NCBI GenBank assembly: GCA_001821395.1
Contig: MHLM01000001.1
Coordinates: 1 to 64,000, forward strand
From: Candidatus Lloydbacteria bacterium RIFCSPHIGHO2_02_FULL_50_18
Lineage (GTDB): Bacteria > Patescibacteriota > Minisyncoccia > Phycocordibacterales > UBA6899
Reading direction: 5' to 3'
DNA length: 64,000 nt
Shown here: positions 46,386 to 55,500 of the stretch, piece after piece
Numbering within the stretch: position 1 is the first letter of the stretch
Layout of the letters: every line of letters starts with the position of its first letter
Program-made: the position numbers and the translations under genes
The notes under the pieces: model-generated
Databases searched by the model: none
Told to the model about the DNA's origin: nothing
Seen by the model: only the letters and a program-made list of their open reading frames with translations

Positions 46386-47855
46386 ATGACACGACTTTTT
46401 TTGGGGGCATTGAAATTCATTCTCGTCGTTATGGTATTTACCGCATCGTATCAGTGGTGGAGACCTCTACCCGATACGCTATTGCCGTTTTCGAATGAAT
46501 ACAATGTTCCGGATTCTAGCGTAAAATTTTTTGCAGACTATACCTACGTTGACAAGAATGGAGAACGAAAGACCGAACAAGAGATCTGGGATCGGGCATT
46601 TACGCTTATCGGCGGCGCCTCTCATTATATGCTGTTTGATCTTTCCCTTTTTAATGATTTCCAGTCTCAGGTGCCGGAAACAACGAGGGCTCTCTCTTAT
46701 GAACTTGCACAGAAGATAAGCGATAAGCTTTCCGTCGATCGACACATCGCCGTAGCACTCATTGCGGATCCTGTTAATACGCTGTATGGCGGAATGCTTT
46801 CGGCACAGCAAACAATATTAAGAAAGGCGGGTGTCGTGATCATTGAACCGGATCTCACCGTGTTTCGTGATCCAAACCTTTTGTTCTCATCGCTGTGGAG
46901 ACCATTCTTTTCATGGTGGGGGAATTCGACTACTGGCGGATGGCTTCCTCATCCCTACCAATCCGTGGGGAGTAAAATTACATTGCGCACCTGGCTTCAC
47001 GTACTTAACCTGAAGGCAGACGAACGCAATCTGTTTGTCGTTGATCAAACGGTGGGAAAAGGAGTGAAAACATCATCTCAAAAAATGGTCAGTTTCATAA
47101 CGTCCGCTGTTCTGGCTGACGGCGCAAGTGCCGATGGAAATGTCGCACTCGAGGTCCGTGACGGTATCTGGAAAAACGTCGTAGAAAATGAACGACGCCT
47201 CGCTCAAGTGTCCGGCAGAGCGATTGTGAGCTATGATTCTGCGTTGACACTTGATGAAACAGGCCCCGTTCGGGTTCAGCTTATCTCGGAAACTATGATC
47301 AAAGATGCGATACTACGACTGCTTGCGGGGGCAAAGCACGGTGACATGCTGCAGCTTGTGCTGCATCATTTAAGTGAGCGTGATATCATCGCGGCGATCA
47401 TCGACGCTTCCAATCGGGGGGCGATCATCCGCATCATCCTCGATCCCGGACTATCGGAAGCAAGATTTGACGTGTACGGTTTGCCTAATCGTCCCGTCGC
47501 CAAAGAGTTGGTCAACAAGTCTCTGTCGGGTATCACGATACGTTGGTGCGATACGCACCGTGAGCAGTGTCGGGCGAACTTTTTTTCCGGTCATTCCGCA
47601 TCGTCAACGTTTATGATGCTTGGTTCGGCAGATTTTACCAGAAGAGATTTGGACGGCTTCAATCTTACGACCGATATCCTCGCGTCTGCTGACGCTCCCT
47701 TCACTGCATGGAACGATGGAGCAAAATATTTTAACCGTATGTGGGACAATGAGGATGGATCATTTACGACTTCATACGATGTATATGCCGACAATACGCT
47801 CTGGAGATCTTCCGTGTATCGAATGATGGAGCGCACGGGCCTGAATACCTTTTAG
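46386..47855 (+). CDS. Membrane-anchored hypothetical protein with degenerate PLD/HKD-like motif
   Basis: N-terminal TM helix. C-terminal HSASSTFMMLGSADFTRRD resembles the second HKD motif (HxKx4Dx6GSxNF..R) but lacks the lysine. Confidence 0.6.
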   Translation: MTRLFLGALKFILVVMVFTASYQWWRPLPDTLLPFSNEYNVPDSSVKFFADYTYVDKNGERKTEQEIWDRAFTLIGGASHYMLFDLSLFNDFQSQVPETTRALSYELAQKISDKLSVDRHIAVALIADPVNTLYGGMLSAQQTILRKAGVVIIEPDLTVFRDPNLLFSSLWRPFFSWWGNSTTGGWLPHPYQSVGSKITLRTWLHVLNLKADERNLFVVDQTVGKGVKTSSQKMVSFITSAVLADGASADGNVALEVRDGIWKNVVENERRLAQVSGRAIVSYDSALTLDETGPVRVQLISETMIKDAILRLLAGAKHGDMLQLVLHHLSERDIIAAIIDASNRGAIIRIILDPGLSEARFDVYGLPNRPVAKELVNKSLSGITIRWCDTHREQCRANFFSGHSASSTFMMLGSADFTRRDLDGFNLTTDILASADAPFTAWNDGAKYFNRMWDNEDGSFTTSYDVYADNTLWRSSVYRMMERTGLNTF

Positions 47856-47883
47856 TCACTCGTGCTATAATCGCAACAACAAT

Positions 47884-48588
47884 ATGAAGATACTCATTAA
47901 GCTGTCCGGGGAAAGTTTGAGCGGATCAAACAAAGAAGGAGATAGGCAGTTCAGCGAACCAACGCTTGGTAGTATTGTCCTGCACATTAAGATGCTTCAG
48001 GGTGACGGGCATGAGGTAGCGCTCGTCGTCGGTGGGGGTAATCTGTTCCGCGGACATGAACTGACGGGTAAGCTCGCCATTGAACGACCGACCGCAGACT
48101 ACATTGGCATGCTCGCAACAGTGCAGAATGCGTTGATCCTTCGTGATTATTTCGAATCAAAAGGCGTTGAGACGCGGGTCTCGTCGGCCATCACAATGCC
48201 TCAGATCTGTGAGGGGTACATCCCCAAGCGCGTCGAAAGGCACATGAAAAAGGGACGCGTTGTTATTTTTGCTGCAGGTCTTGGTGCTCCATATTTTACG
48301 ACCGATTCAACGTCCGTGCAGCGCGCGCTTGAGATGAAGGCTGACATGCTTATCATGGCGAAGAACGGCGTCGACGGTCTCTATACCGCAGACCCGGATA
48401 CTGATAAATCTGCGGTATTCATAAAAGAAACTACGGCGAGTGAAGTGCTTGAGCGAGACCTAAAGGCTGCCGATCAGTCAGCTATCGCGCTTGCGAAAGA
48501 ACATGGACTTTTGATCAAGGTGATCGGAGTTCCCGATATCGCACGAGCGCTTGATCCGGAAGTCGGTTCATTGATAAGACCCATATAA
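47884..48588 (+). CDS. pyrH: Uridylate (UMP) kinase
   Basis: MKILIKLSGESL N-terminus and an amino-acid-kinase fold with GGGN..RG motifs. Confidence 0.9.
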   Translation: MKILIKLSGESLSGSNKEGDRQFSEPTLGSIVLHIKMLQGDGHEVALVVGGGNLFRGHELTGKLAIERPTADYIGMLATVQNALILRDYFESKGVETRVSSAITMPQICEGYIPKRVERHMKKGRVVIFAAGLGAPYFTTDSTSVQRALEMKADMLIMAKNGVDGLYTADPDTDKSAVFIKETTASEVLERDLKAADQSAIALAKEHGLLIKVIGVPDIARALDPEVGSLIRPI

Positions 48589-48592
48589 ATGA

Positions 48593-49153
48593 TTGCATCA
48601 CATGGAAACAGATATTGATCAAGCAATAGCAATGATCGAGGGAGGGGGCGTAGGAGTGCTTCCAACAGACACGCTCTACGGGCTCGTCGGTTCGGCATTC
48701 AGTGCGGATGCCGTGGATCGCATTTATGACTTGAAGCAGCGCGACCCGGAGAAGCCGCTCATCGTGCTTATTTCGGATATTCTCCAACTCGAGCAATTCG
48801 GTGTCATTGTTTCTGATGCACTGATCGCGCAGCTTGAAACGTATTGGCCGGGACCATACTCGATCATACTCCCGACGGCGGATGAGCAGTTTGAATATCT
48901 TCATCGTGGAACGAATGCAATCGCATTTCGTTTGCCCGACGATGAGCAGCTTGTAGCGGTAATCACCCAAGCTGGACCGATTGTTGCCCCATCAGCGAAT
49001 GTTGAAGACATGCCTCCTTCAGGAACCATCGAAGAGGCACGCTCATATTTCGGTACAGACGTAGACTTTTATGTCGACGGTGGTGAATTACGCGGTAAAC
49101 CGTCAACGATCATTTTTTTTGACGGAGACGAGGTCGTCGTCGAGCGAGAGTAA
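48593..49153 (+). CDS. tsaC: L-threonylcarbamoyladenylate synthase (YrdC/TsaC family)
   Basis: VLPTDTLYGL and PSANV motifs of the YrdC/Sua5 family. Confidence 0.85.
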   Translation: MHHMETDIDQAIAMIEGGGVGVLPTDTLYGLVGSAFSADAVDRIYDLKQRDPEKPLIVLISDILQLEQFGVIVSDALIAQLETYWPGPYSIILPTADEQFEYLHRGTNAIAFRLPDDEQLVAVITQAGPIVAPSANVEDMPPSGTIEEARSYFGTDVDFYVDGGELRGKPSTIIFFDGDEVVVERE

Positions 49154-49239
49154 CGTTTACGGTTTTACCTATCATTTCCGGCAAAGAAAAATTGTCGGGT
49201 AAGTTGGCAACACGGACCAATCTGGTTATAATCCTATCC

Positions 49240-51090
49240 ATGCAAACTATGCTTTCGTCATCGGAGATCCGCTCTCGGTTTCTTCATTTTTTTAAACAGC
49301 GGGGTCATGCGATCATATCGAGTGCACCGCTCGTTCCGCTCAATGATCCGTCCGTGCTTTTTAATACCGCGGGAATGCAGCCATTGGTACCATATCTTTT
49401 GGGTGAGCCGCATCCGGCTGGGGTACGCATTGTCGACTCACAGAAATGTGTACGCACGGTTGATATTGATGAGATCGGAGATAATACACACGCAACTTTT
49501 TTTGAGATGCTCGGAAATTGGTCCCTCGGTGACTACTTTAAAAAAGAAGCGATCAATTGGAGCTATGAATTTCTCACCTCAAAGGAGGATGGTTTAGGAC
49601 TTGATCCGAACAGGCTTTACGTAACCGTCTTTGGTGGTAACCAGGATGCGCCGAAGGATACGGATGCGCATGCGACCTGGACGGAGCTATTTGCACGGGC
49701 CGGAATTAAGGGTGAACGCATCTACTATATGACCGCCGATGCAAGAGGCAAGGAGCCTAACTGGTGGAGCGCCGGGGATTCTGGCCCCTGCGGGCCGGAT
49801 AGTGAGATGTTCTACGACGTGACCGGAACGTTAGATCTTGGCATGACAAAAGAAGAATATATGGCCGCCGATGATAGGCAAGACATCGTCGAGATCTGGA
49901 ACGATGTCTTCATGGAATATCTGAAAAAAGACGGGAGTGTGGTAGGGAAATTGGAAAAACAAAACGTAGATACCGGAAGCGGTCTCGAGCGCGTAACAAT
50001 GGTCGCTCAGGGAAAGAACAACATCTTTGCAACGGATATGTTTTCAGATGTGATGGAATTCCTTAACGGCAGATCTCCGGAGGGAGTCATGAGAACAAAA
50101 CGTATCGTTGCCGATCATATTCGCACCGCGGTTTTCTTGATAGGGGACGGTGTCACTCCTTCAAATACGGACCAGGGCTATATTTTGCGTCGCCTTATTC
50201 GTAGGGCGGTACGCTTTGCCGACGACCTTGGTTTGGCTCAAAAAAAAGGTGAAACGCGAAGTGATCTTTCTGCCGTTGCCGACATGTTCATCAAAAAATA
50301 TTGCGACGTATATCCTGTGCTGCTCGAACATTCGCAGGCGATATTCACGGAGTTGGAAGAAGAGGAGAAGCGATTTCGTGAAACGCTCTCACGCGGGATG
50401 CGGGAATTTGAAAAGTTGGCGACAAAGGATATTTCCGGGGATGACGCGTTCACCTTATTTTCTTCGTATGGATTTCCGTTCGAGCTGACAAAAGAACTTG
50501 CCGATGAAAAGGGTGTCGTCGTCGATGAGCTCGGTTTTTCCGAGAACATGAAAAAACACCAATCGCTCTCGCGTGCAGGTTCTGAGCAAAAATTCAAAGG
50601 AGGACTTGCCGATGACTCTGTCGCAACCATTCGACTTCATACCGCTCATCACCTGCTTCTGCGCGCACTGCAGCTTGTTTTGGGCCCCGATGTGCATCAG
50701 CGCGGGTCAAATATCACTCAGGAACGCCTACGCATTGATTTCGCACACGGAACAAAGATGACTGACGAACAAAAAAAAGCAGTTGAAGATCTCGTGAATG
50801 AGAAGATTGTTGAAAACCTGCCGGTCATCAGAACCGAAATGAATCTTGGCGACGCTGAGCTGCTCGGAGCCGAACATGAGTTCGGAGCAAAATACCCTGA
50901 TCGAGTCTCAGTGTATTCCGTAGGACCAAAAGGTGCGACGCGTGAAGATCCTCAGTTTGACAAAAGATTTTCAATAGAATTCTGCGGAGGCCCACACGTG
51001 AATCGCACCGGAGAGTTGGGGAGGTTTAAAATATTAAAGGAGGAGGCCTCAAGTCAGGGCGTACGTAGAATAAAGGCAATACTCGAATAG
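49240..51090 (+). CDS. alaS: Alanyl-tRNA synthetase, compact form lacking the C-terminal C-Ala domain (~617 aa)
   Basis: N-terminal FLHFFKQRGHAIISSAPLVP..DPSVLFNTAGM, the editing-domain HxxxH (HTAHHLL) and ..CGGPHV. The ORF extends to 49192. Confidence 0.95.
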   Translation: MQTMLSSSEIRSRFLHFFKQRGHAIISSAPLVPLNDPSVLFNTAGMQPLVPYLLGEPHPAGVRIVDSQKCVRTVDIDEIGDNTHATFFEMLGNWSLGDYFKKEAINWSYEFLTSKEDGLGLDPNRLYVTVFGGNQDAPKDTDAHATWTELFARAGIKGERIYYMTADARGKEPNWWSAGDSGPCGPDSEMFYDVTGTLDLGMTKEEYMAADDRQDIVEIWNDVFMEYLKKDGSVVGKLEKQNVDTGSGLERVTMVAQGKNNIFATDMFSDVMEFLNGRSPEGVMRTKRIVADHIRTAVFLIGDGVTPSNTDQGYILRRLIRRAVRFADDLGLAQKKGETRSDLSAVADMFIKKYCDVYPVLLEHSQAIFTELEEEEKRFRETLSRGMREFEKLATKDISGDDAFTLFSSYGFPFELTKELADEKGVVVDELGFSENMKKHQSLSRAGSEQKFKGGLADDSVATIRLHTAHHLLLRALQLVLGPDVHQRGSNITQERLRIDFAHGTKMTDEQKKAVEDLVNEKIVENLPVIRTEMNLGDAELLGAEHEFGAKYPDRVSVYSVGPKGATREDPQFDKRFSIEFCGGPHVNRTGELGRFKILKEEASSQGVRRIKAILE

Positions 51091-51200
51091 AAAGTTGCGC
51101 GCGAAGCGCTTGCGTGAAGTTCATTCCCATGAACTTTTTGAGCCAGAGAGAAGAGGCAAGTAGTCAGGGTGTACGCAGAATAAAGGCCATACTCGAATAA
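51033..51200. repeat. Direct duplication (~60 nt) of the alaS 3' end downstream of an intervening hairpin
   Basis: 51033-51090 (gaggaggcctcaagtcagggcgtacgtagaataaaggcaatactcgaatag) recurs at 51143-51200 (agaagaggcaagtagtcagggtgtacgcagaataaaggccatactcgaataa). A GAAGTTCAT-tccc-ATGAACTTTTTG hairpin lies between them (51117-51145). Confidence 0.6.
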
Positions 51201-51270
51201 AAGCTAGCGAACCAAAGTCGGCGCGTGAGGTAAATACCCACAGTAGTACGAGTATTCTTTGTGTCAGGCG

Positions 51271-51285
51271 TGGTATAATTTTCTC
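51271..51285 (+). promoter_or_regulatory. Extended -10 promoter element abutting the start codon (leaderless-type)
   Basis: TGgTATAAT at 51271-51279, then 6 nt to the ATG at 51286. Confidence 0.4.
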
Positions 51286-52482
51286 ATGTCGCTATTTCGC
51301 AGTAATAACAAAAACGGGCAGCACTTCATCATTATTTTCGACATTGGAAGCGCTTCGATTGGCGGTGCATTTGTAAGTATCGATTCGACTCGCACACCCG
51401 AGATCATTTTTTCTATACGTAAAGATATCCCATTTCAGGAAAAACTGAGTTTTGAGCGTTTTTTGGCCTCGATGATAACAACGTTAAAAGAGATGTTTGA
51501 GGTCATGCAAAAGGCTGGTGGGGGAGTAAAAGTAGATCAGGCATTCTGCATCCTTGCGTCGCCTTGGTATGCCTCTCAAACAAGACTCGTGCACTACAAT
51601 CAACCGACTCCATTCTTGGTCACCGAGAAGGGTCTCTCAAAGCTCATTCAAAAAGAGATCAGGCTGTTCAGGGACTCAAAGTTGTTTGAACACGCAAGTA
51701 TCGACAATGTGCTCCCCGAGATCATGGAATCAAAAAGTATCCAGATCAAACTTAACGGATATGAAGTGAGCGATCCCTACGGCAAGCGCGCATCGGAGCT
51801 GGAGATCGCTTTGTACATCAGCATGATCCCTTCAAATATCTTTTCATCGATCAGGGGTGCCATCACGAAATTTTGGCATTTACCCGATGTGCATTTTTCA
51901 TCATTTTCTTTGACTGCTTTTGATACCATTCGCGGCATCTTCGTCGACGAATCAAGTTTTTTGTTCATGGATATCTCAGGAGAAGTGACCGACATTTCGC
52001 TTGCGAGGGACAATGTGCTGCTCGAATCCATTTCGTTCCCCGCAGGAAAGAACATGCTTATTCGCGGGATCATCAAGGGGATGCACTCGACACCGACGGC
52101 GGCGGCTTCTGAAATGAAACTTTATTTGGAGGGAAAGTCCACACACGAGCATGCGAAGCAGATCGAGGAGATCCTCAGTGCGGAAACAAAAGAATGGAGG
52201 ATATTCTTTGAAGACGCCCTTGCTCAATTCGCATCAGAATTTCCAATTCCGAGAACAATCTTTTATACTGCTGATGATGATGTCACAAAGTGGTTCGAGG
52301 GTGCGATCCGTGAGGCAAATTTTATGCGTTTTTCACAAGAGGAAGGGCAATTCTTGGTACGTTCGCTCGGCAATGCATTCTTAAGCAAGTTCATTCAAGT
52401 GCTTGAACCTGACTTTCAAGACCCATTTTTGGCGATCGAGACGATATTTGCGAATAAGGTTACTACATTATCAAAAAAATAA
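51286..52482 (+). CDS. Actin-fold (ASKHA) ATPase, FtsA/PilM/MreB-like, divergent
   Basis: Phosphate-1-like FIIIFDIGSASIGGAFV and phosphate-2/connect-like FLFMDISGEVTDISL (compare DIGGGTTD). ORF 51259 trimmed to MSLFRS. Confidence 0.7.
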   Translation: MSLFRSNNKNGQHFIIIFDIGSASIGGAFVSIDSTRTPEIIFSIRKDIPFQEKLSFERFLASMITTLKEMFEVMQKAGGGVKVDQAFCILASPWYASQTRLVHYNQPTPFLVTEKGLSKLIQKEIRLFRDSKLFEHASIDNVLPEIMESKSIQIKLNGYEVSDPYGKRASELEIALYISMIPSNIFSSIRGAITKFWHLPDVHFSSFSLTAFDTIRGIFVDESSFLFMDISGEVTDISLARDNVLLESISFPAGKNMLIRGIIKGMHSTPTAAASEMKLYLEGKSTHEHAKQIEEILSAETKEWRIFFEDALAQFASEFPIPRTIFYTADDDVTKWFEGAIREANFMRFSQEEGQFLVRSLGNAFLSKFIQVLEPDFQDPFLAIETIFANKVTTLSKK

Positions 52483-52491
52483 TTCATCAGT

Positions 52492-54096
52492 ATGGCGAAA
52501 TATTTAATTCAAGACATTATTCCTCCGGAAAAGCATACCCATAGAGGTGATGGCGATAATACAATTCATCACAAAGCCCCGGAGAAACCGCGTGCCCATA
52601 CGACACATAAGGCGGTCATGCATACTGCAACACATCCTGGAAAAAAGGAGGTCCATGAGTCGGTACATGAGGAGGAAATGCCAACTGAAAACCATGAGCC
52701 AGTGGTGGTCGAGGATCCAAAGGAGATGCTCATTGAGCAATTGAATTCTCCGGAAATCGAAGAAAGAGCGGTCGAAGATGAGGTTCCTCATTCGCAAAAT
52801 TATTTCTCGAGCGTGAAGGACACAGTAACCCCTGCTGCGACTTGGCCGTACGGGCAGAGCAGAGAAAGCACCGGGGCATACGTTCCGCCACGGTCTAGCG
52901 TGAATTTTGGCGGTGGAAGAGGGGGGTCTGGCGAGCGATCTTCTTGGAAGAGAGGGTGGATACCATGGATACTTGGCATCGCACTTGTTTCCGTTGTGTT
53001 TGTGCTCGGGATGAATTATTTTTCGGGTGCTACTGTTACCGTATTGCCAAAGCAGGACAGCATACCAATGGACCAGAAGATAACTATCCTCAAAAATCCG
53101 CTGAATAGCGAATTGCCGTACTCGGTCATGAAGGTCTTTCTGGAAGAGACGCGTGAAGTTCCCGCAACAGGAGAAAAAACGGTCACCGCGAAAGCTTCGG
53201 GGAAGATCATTGTGTACAATACGCAGACAGTTTCACAGCGTCTTATAAAGAATACGCGTTTTCAGAGTCCTGCAGGTAAGATCTATCGTATCAGCGATTC
53301 GATCAATGTTCCAAAGGCCGTTACGTTGAATGGAAAGACGACACCCGGCAGTTTGGAGGTCACCGTATATGCCGATGAAGCGGGCCCCGATTTCAATACC
53401 GAGCCGGTTGACTTCACTGTTCCCGGCCTCAAGGGGTCGCCGACGTTCACTAAGGTTTACGCACGCTCAAAAGGACCCATAACCGGAGGAGCATCCGGTA
53501 CGATAAAAAGTGTCTCTGATCTTGACCTTAAGCAGGCGAGCGATGATCTCCGCATCCAACTTGAGACAAAGCTGCGCACCAAAGCACGCGGCGATCTTGC
53601 GCCTAATCAGATAGGATATGATCGCGGTATGCTTGTGCAGCTCGAAGACGCAGCGCTCTCGAAGGCTCAATCTTCAAGCCCCGATAAGGCAGTTGTCTCC
53701 CAAACTGGGAACGCGTATTTCCTTGTATTTGATAGAACTGAATTAACACGAGCTATCGTTCGGTCTCTAATTCCAACATACAACAACGAGGAGGTCACGA
53801 TAGGTAATCTTGAGAGCCTCGAACTTGAATTAGCGGAAATGAGTGGCGCCGACCTCTGGAAGAGTGAAAAACTAGATATTGTCCTGCGGGGAACCCCTTC
53901 TCTCGATTGGAAGGTCGACGAGGTCGCGATCAAAACGCTAATACTGGGAAAACCAAAAGAGAATTTCAATGCGCTACTCTCTCAATTTCCGACAATAGAC
54001 CGTGCGAGCGCTACGATCCACCCTGTTTGGAAGCGTTCATTCCCAACGGATGAAAAGGATATCACGATCAAAGTAGTCACAGAAATGCCAAAATAG
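52492..54096 (+). CDS. Bitopic membrane protein with His-rich acidic cytoplasmic tail and large extracytoplasmic domain
   Basis: ~155-aa His/Glu/Pro-rich N-terminal region, a single TM helix (WIPWILGIALVSVVFVLGM) and a ~360-aa outside domain. Begins 10 nt after the actin-like gene. Confidence 0.7.
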   Translation: MAKYLIQDIIPPEKHTHRGDGDNTIHHKAPEKPRAHTTHKAVMHTATHPGKKEVHESVHEEEMPTENHEPVVVEDPKEMLIEQLNSPEIEERAVEDEVPHSQNYFSSVKDTVTPAATWPYGQSRESTGAYVPPRSSVNFGGGRGGSGERSSWKRGWIPWILGIALVSVVFVLGMNYFSGATVTVLPKQDSIPMDQKITILKNPLNSELPYSVMKVFLEETREVPATGEKTVTAKASGKIIVYNTQTVSQRLIKNTRFQSPAGKIYRISDSINVPKAVTLNGKTTPGSLEVTVYADEAGPDFNTEPVDFTVPGLKGSPTFTKVYARSKGPITGGASGTIKSVSDLDLKQASDDLRIQLETKLRTKARGDLAPNQIGYDRGMLVQLEDAALSKAQSSSPDKAVVSQTGNAYFLVFDRTELTRAIVRSLIPTYNNEEVTIGNLESLELELAEMSGADLWKSEKLDIVLRGTPSLDWKVDEVAIKTLILGKPKENFNALLSQFPTIDRASATIHPVWKRSFPTDEKDITIKVVTEMPK

Positions 54097-54170
54097 CAGA
54101 TGAATATTTCATTAATTTCACAAAAATAGTGAAAAAGTGTCGATTATGCACAGATTAATTGAAGCATGGG

Positions 54171-54199
54171 CTTGACCGAAGTTAGCGCCTCTGCTAGTA
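54171..54199 (+). promoter_or_regulatory. Putative sigma-70 promoter of the infA-rpmJ-rpsM... operon
   Basis: TTGACC - 17 nt - TAGTAT, about 20 nt upstream of the infA ATG. Confidence 0.45.
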
Positions 54200-54219
54200 T
54201 CTGGACACCCATTTTTGAC

Positions 54220-54438
54220 ATGAGTGACGACAAGCAAAAGGAGTCGACGATCATCGGTACGGTCATCGAAGCTCTCCCAAACACAATGTTTCGTGTCCAG
54301 ACAGAACCTGGACTTGAAGTGCTTGCGTACCTTTCCGGCAAAATGCGTATTCATCGCATAAAGGTTCTCGTAGGTGACAAGGTGTCACTCGAAGATAATC
54401 CTTATGGTGGGAAGTTGAGAATCGTTAAACGAATGTAA
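54220..54438 (+). CDS. infA: Translation initiation factor IF-1
   Basis: [15 protein letters not shown]...[17 protein letters not shown]1-like fold. ORF 54166 trimmed to MSDDKQ. Confidence 0.9.
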   Translation: MSDDKQKESTIIGTVIEALPNTMFRVQTEPGLEVLAYLSGKMRIHRIKVLVGDKVSLEDNPYGGKLRIVKRM

Positions 54439-54506
54439 TTTGCATCAAAAGGACCGGTCTTGTACGACGATTATGTCGTATTGAGATTTGTTTTTATCAC
54501 AATAAT

Positions 54507-54620
54507 ATGCGCGTAAGAGCTTCAGTTAAAAAAATTTGTGCGAAATGTAAATCCGTCAAACGCCGGGGGACTATTTACGTCATCTGTGAGAATCCCCGAC
54601 ATAAGCAAAAGCAAGGCTAA
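54507..54620 (+). CDS. rpmJ: 50S ribosomal protein L36
   Basis: Unlisted 37-aa [40 protein letters not shown] with a C-x2-C-x12-C-x4-H zinc ribbon, between infA and rpsM. Confidence 0.85.
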   Translation: MRVRASVKKICAKCKSVKRRGTIYVICENPRHKQKQG

Positions 54621-54632
54621 TTATTTTATTAT

Positions 54633-55013
54633 ATGCGTATCCTTGGTATCACCGTTCCGGAGAATAAACAATTGTGGGTAGGACTCACCGTCTTTTACGG
54701 TATTGGATTTATGACGGCGAAGAAAATTTTAAAAGAGGCCGGTGTTCCTGAGACAAAAAAGCCTGCGGACATATCGACAGAAGAAGAAGCAAAGATCCGT
54801 AAGCAGATTGAAGGAATGACAATCGAGGGTGATCTCAAGCGCGAGAAGGCTGCGAACATTAAGCGCCTTAAAGATATCAAATCATACAGAGGTTCACGTC
54901 ACACGCGCGGACTTCCGTCACGAGGACAGCGCACAAAGACCAATTCCCGTACCGTAAGAGGAAATGTACGAAAGACGATGGGCAGCGGTCGACGCAAGCT
55001 CGAAAAGAAATAA
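54633..55013 (+). CDS. rpsM: 30S ribosomal protein S13
   Basis: MRILGITVPENKQLWVGLTVFYGIG and a basic C-terminus. Confidence 0.97.
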   Translation: MRILGITVPENKQLWVGLTVFYGIGFMTAKKILKEAGVPETKKPADISTEEEAKIRKQIEGMTIEGDLKREKAANIKRLKDIKSYRGSRHTRGLPSRGQRTKTNSRTVRGNVRKTMGSGRRKLEKK

Positions 55014-55044
55014 TCAATGACATTAACAGCGTAAGCAACGAACA

Positions 55045-55479
55045 ATGGGTAAGAAACGAATAGTCAAAAAGGCGGGAGGCAGCGTAGATCAAGGTCTGAA
55101 AGCGCGGTCACTTTCGCGTGTGCCGAAAAAGAAGATCTCGCATGCGATCCTCAATATCCAGTCAACCTACAACAATACCATCGTCTCGCTTGCGGATTCG
55201 GAAGGAAAGGTGCTTATGTGGTCAACTTCCGGCTCACTCGGATTCAACGGGGCAAAGAAGGGGACTCCGTTCGCAGCCGCAAAGATTGGAGAGCTCCTCG
55301 CAGAAAAGGCGCAATTGATGGGACTGAAGTCTGTAGATGCGATCGTGAAGGGGGTCGGCAGTGGTCGCGAGTCTGCGATCCGCGCGTTCATCGCGAAGGG
55401 GGTTGAGATTACCTCCATCAAGGATAAGACCCCCGTGCCGCATAACGGACCCCGAGCAAAGAAACCCCGCCGCATTTAA
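55045..55479 (+). CDS. rpsK: 30S ribosomal protein S11
   Basis: AILNIQSTYNNTIVSLADSEGKVLMWSTSG...GFNGAKKGTPFAA. Confidence 0.97.
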   Translation: MGKKRIVKKAGGSVDQGLKARSLSRVPKKKISHAILNIQSTYNNTIVSLADSEGKVLMWSTSGSLGFNGAKKGTPFAAAKIGELLAEKAQLMGLKSVDAIVKGVGSGRESAIRAFIAKGVEITSIKDKTPVPHNGPRAKKPRRI

Positions 55480-55500
55480 TCCTCACCAATCAAAGAACAT

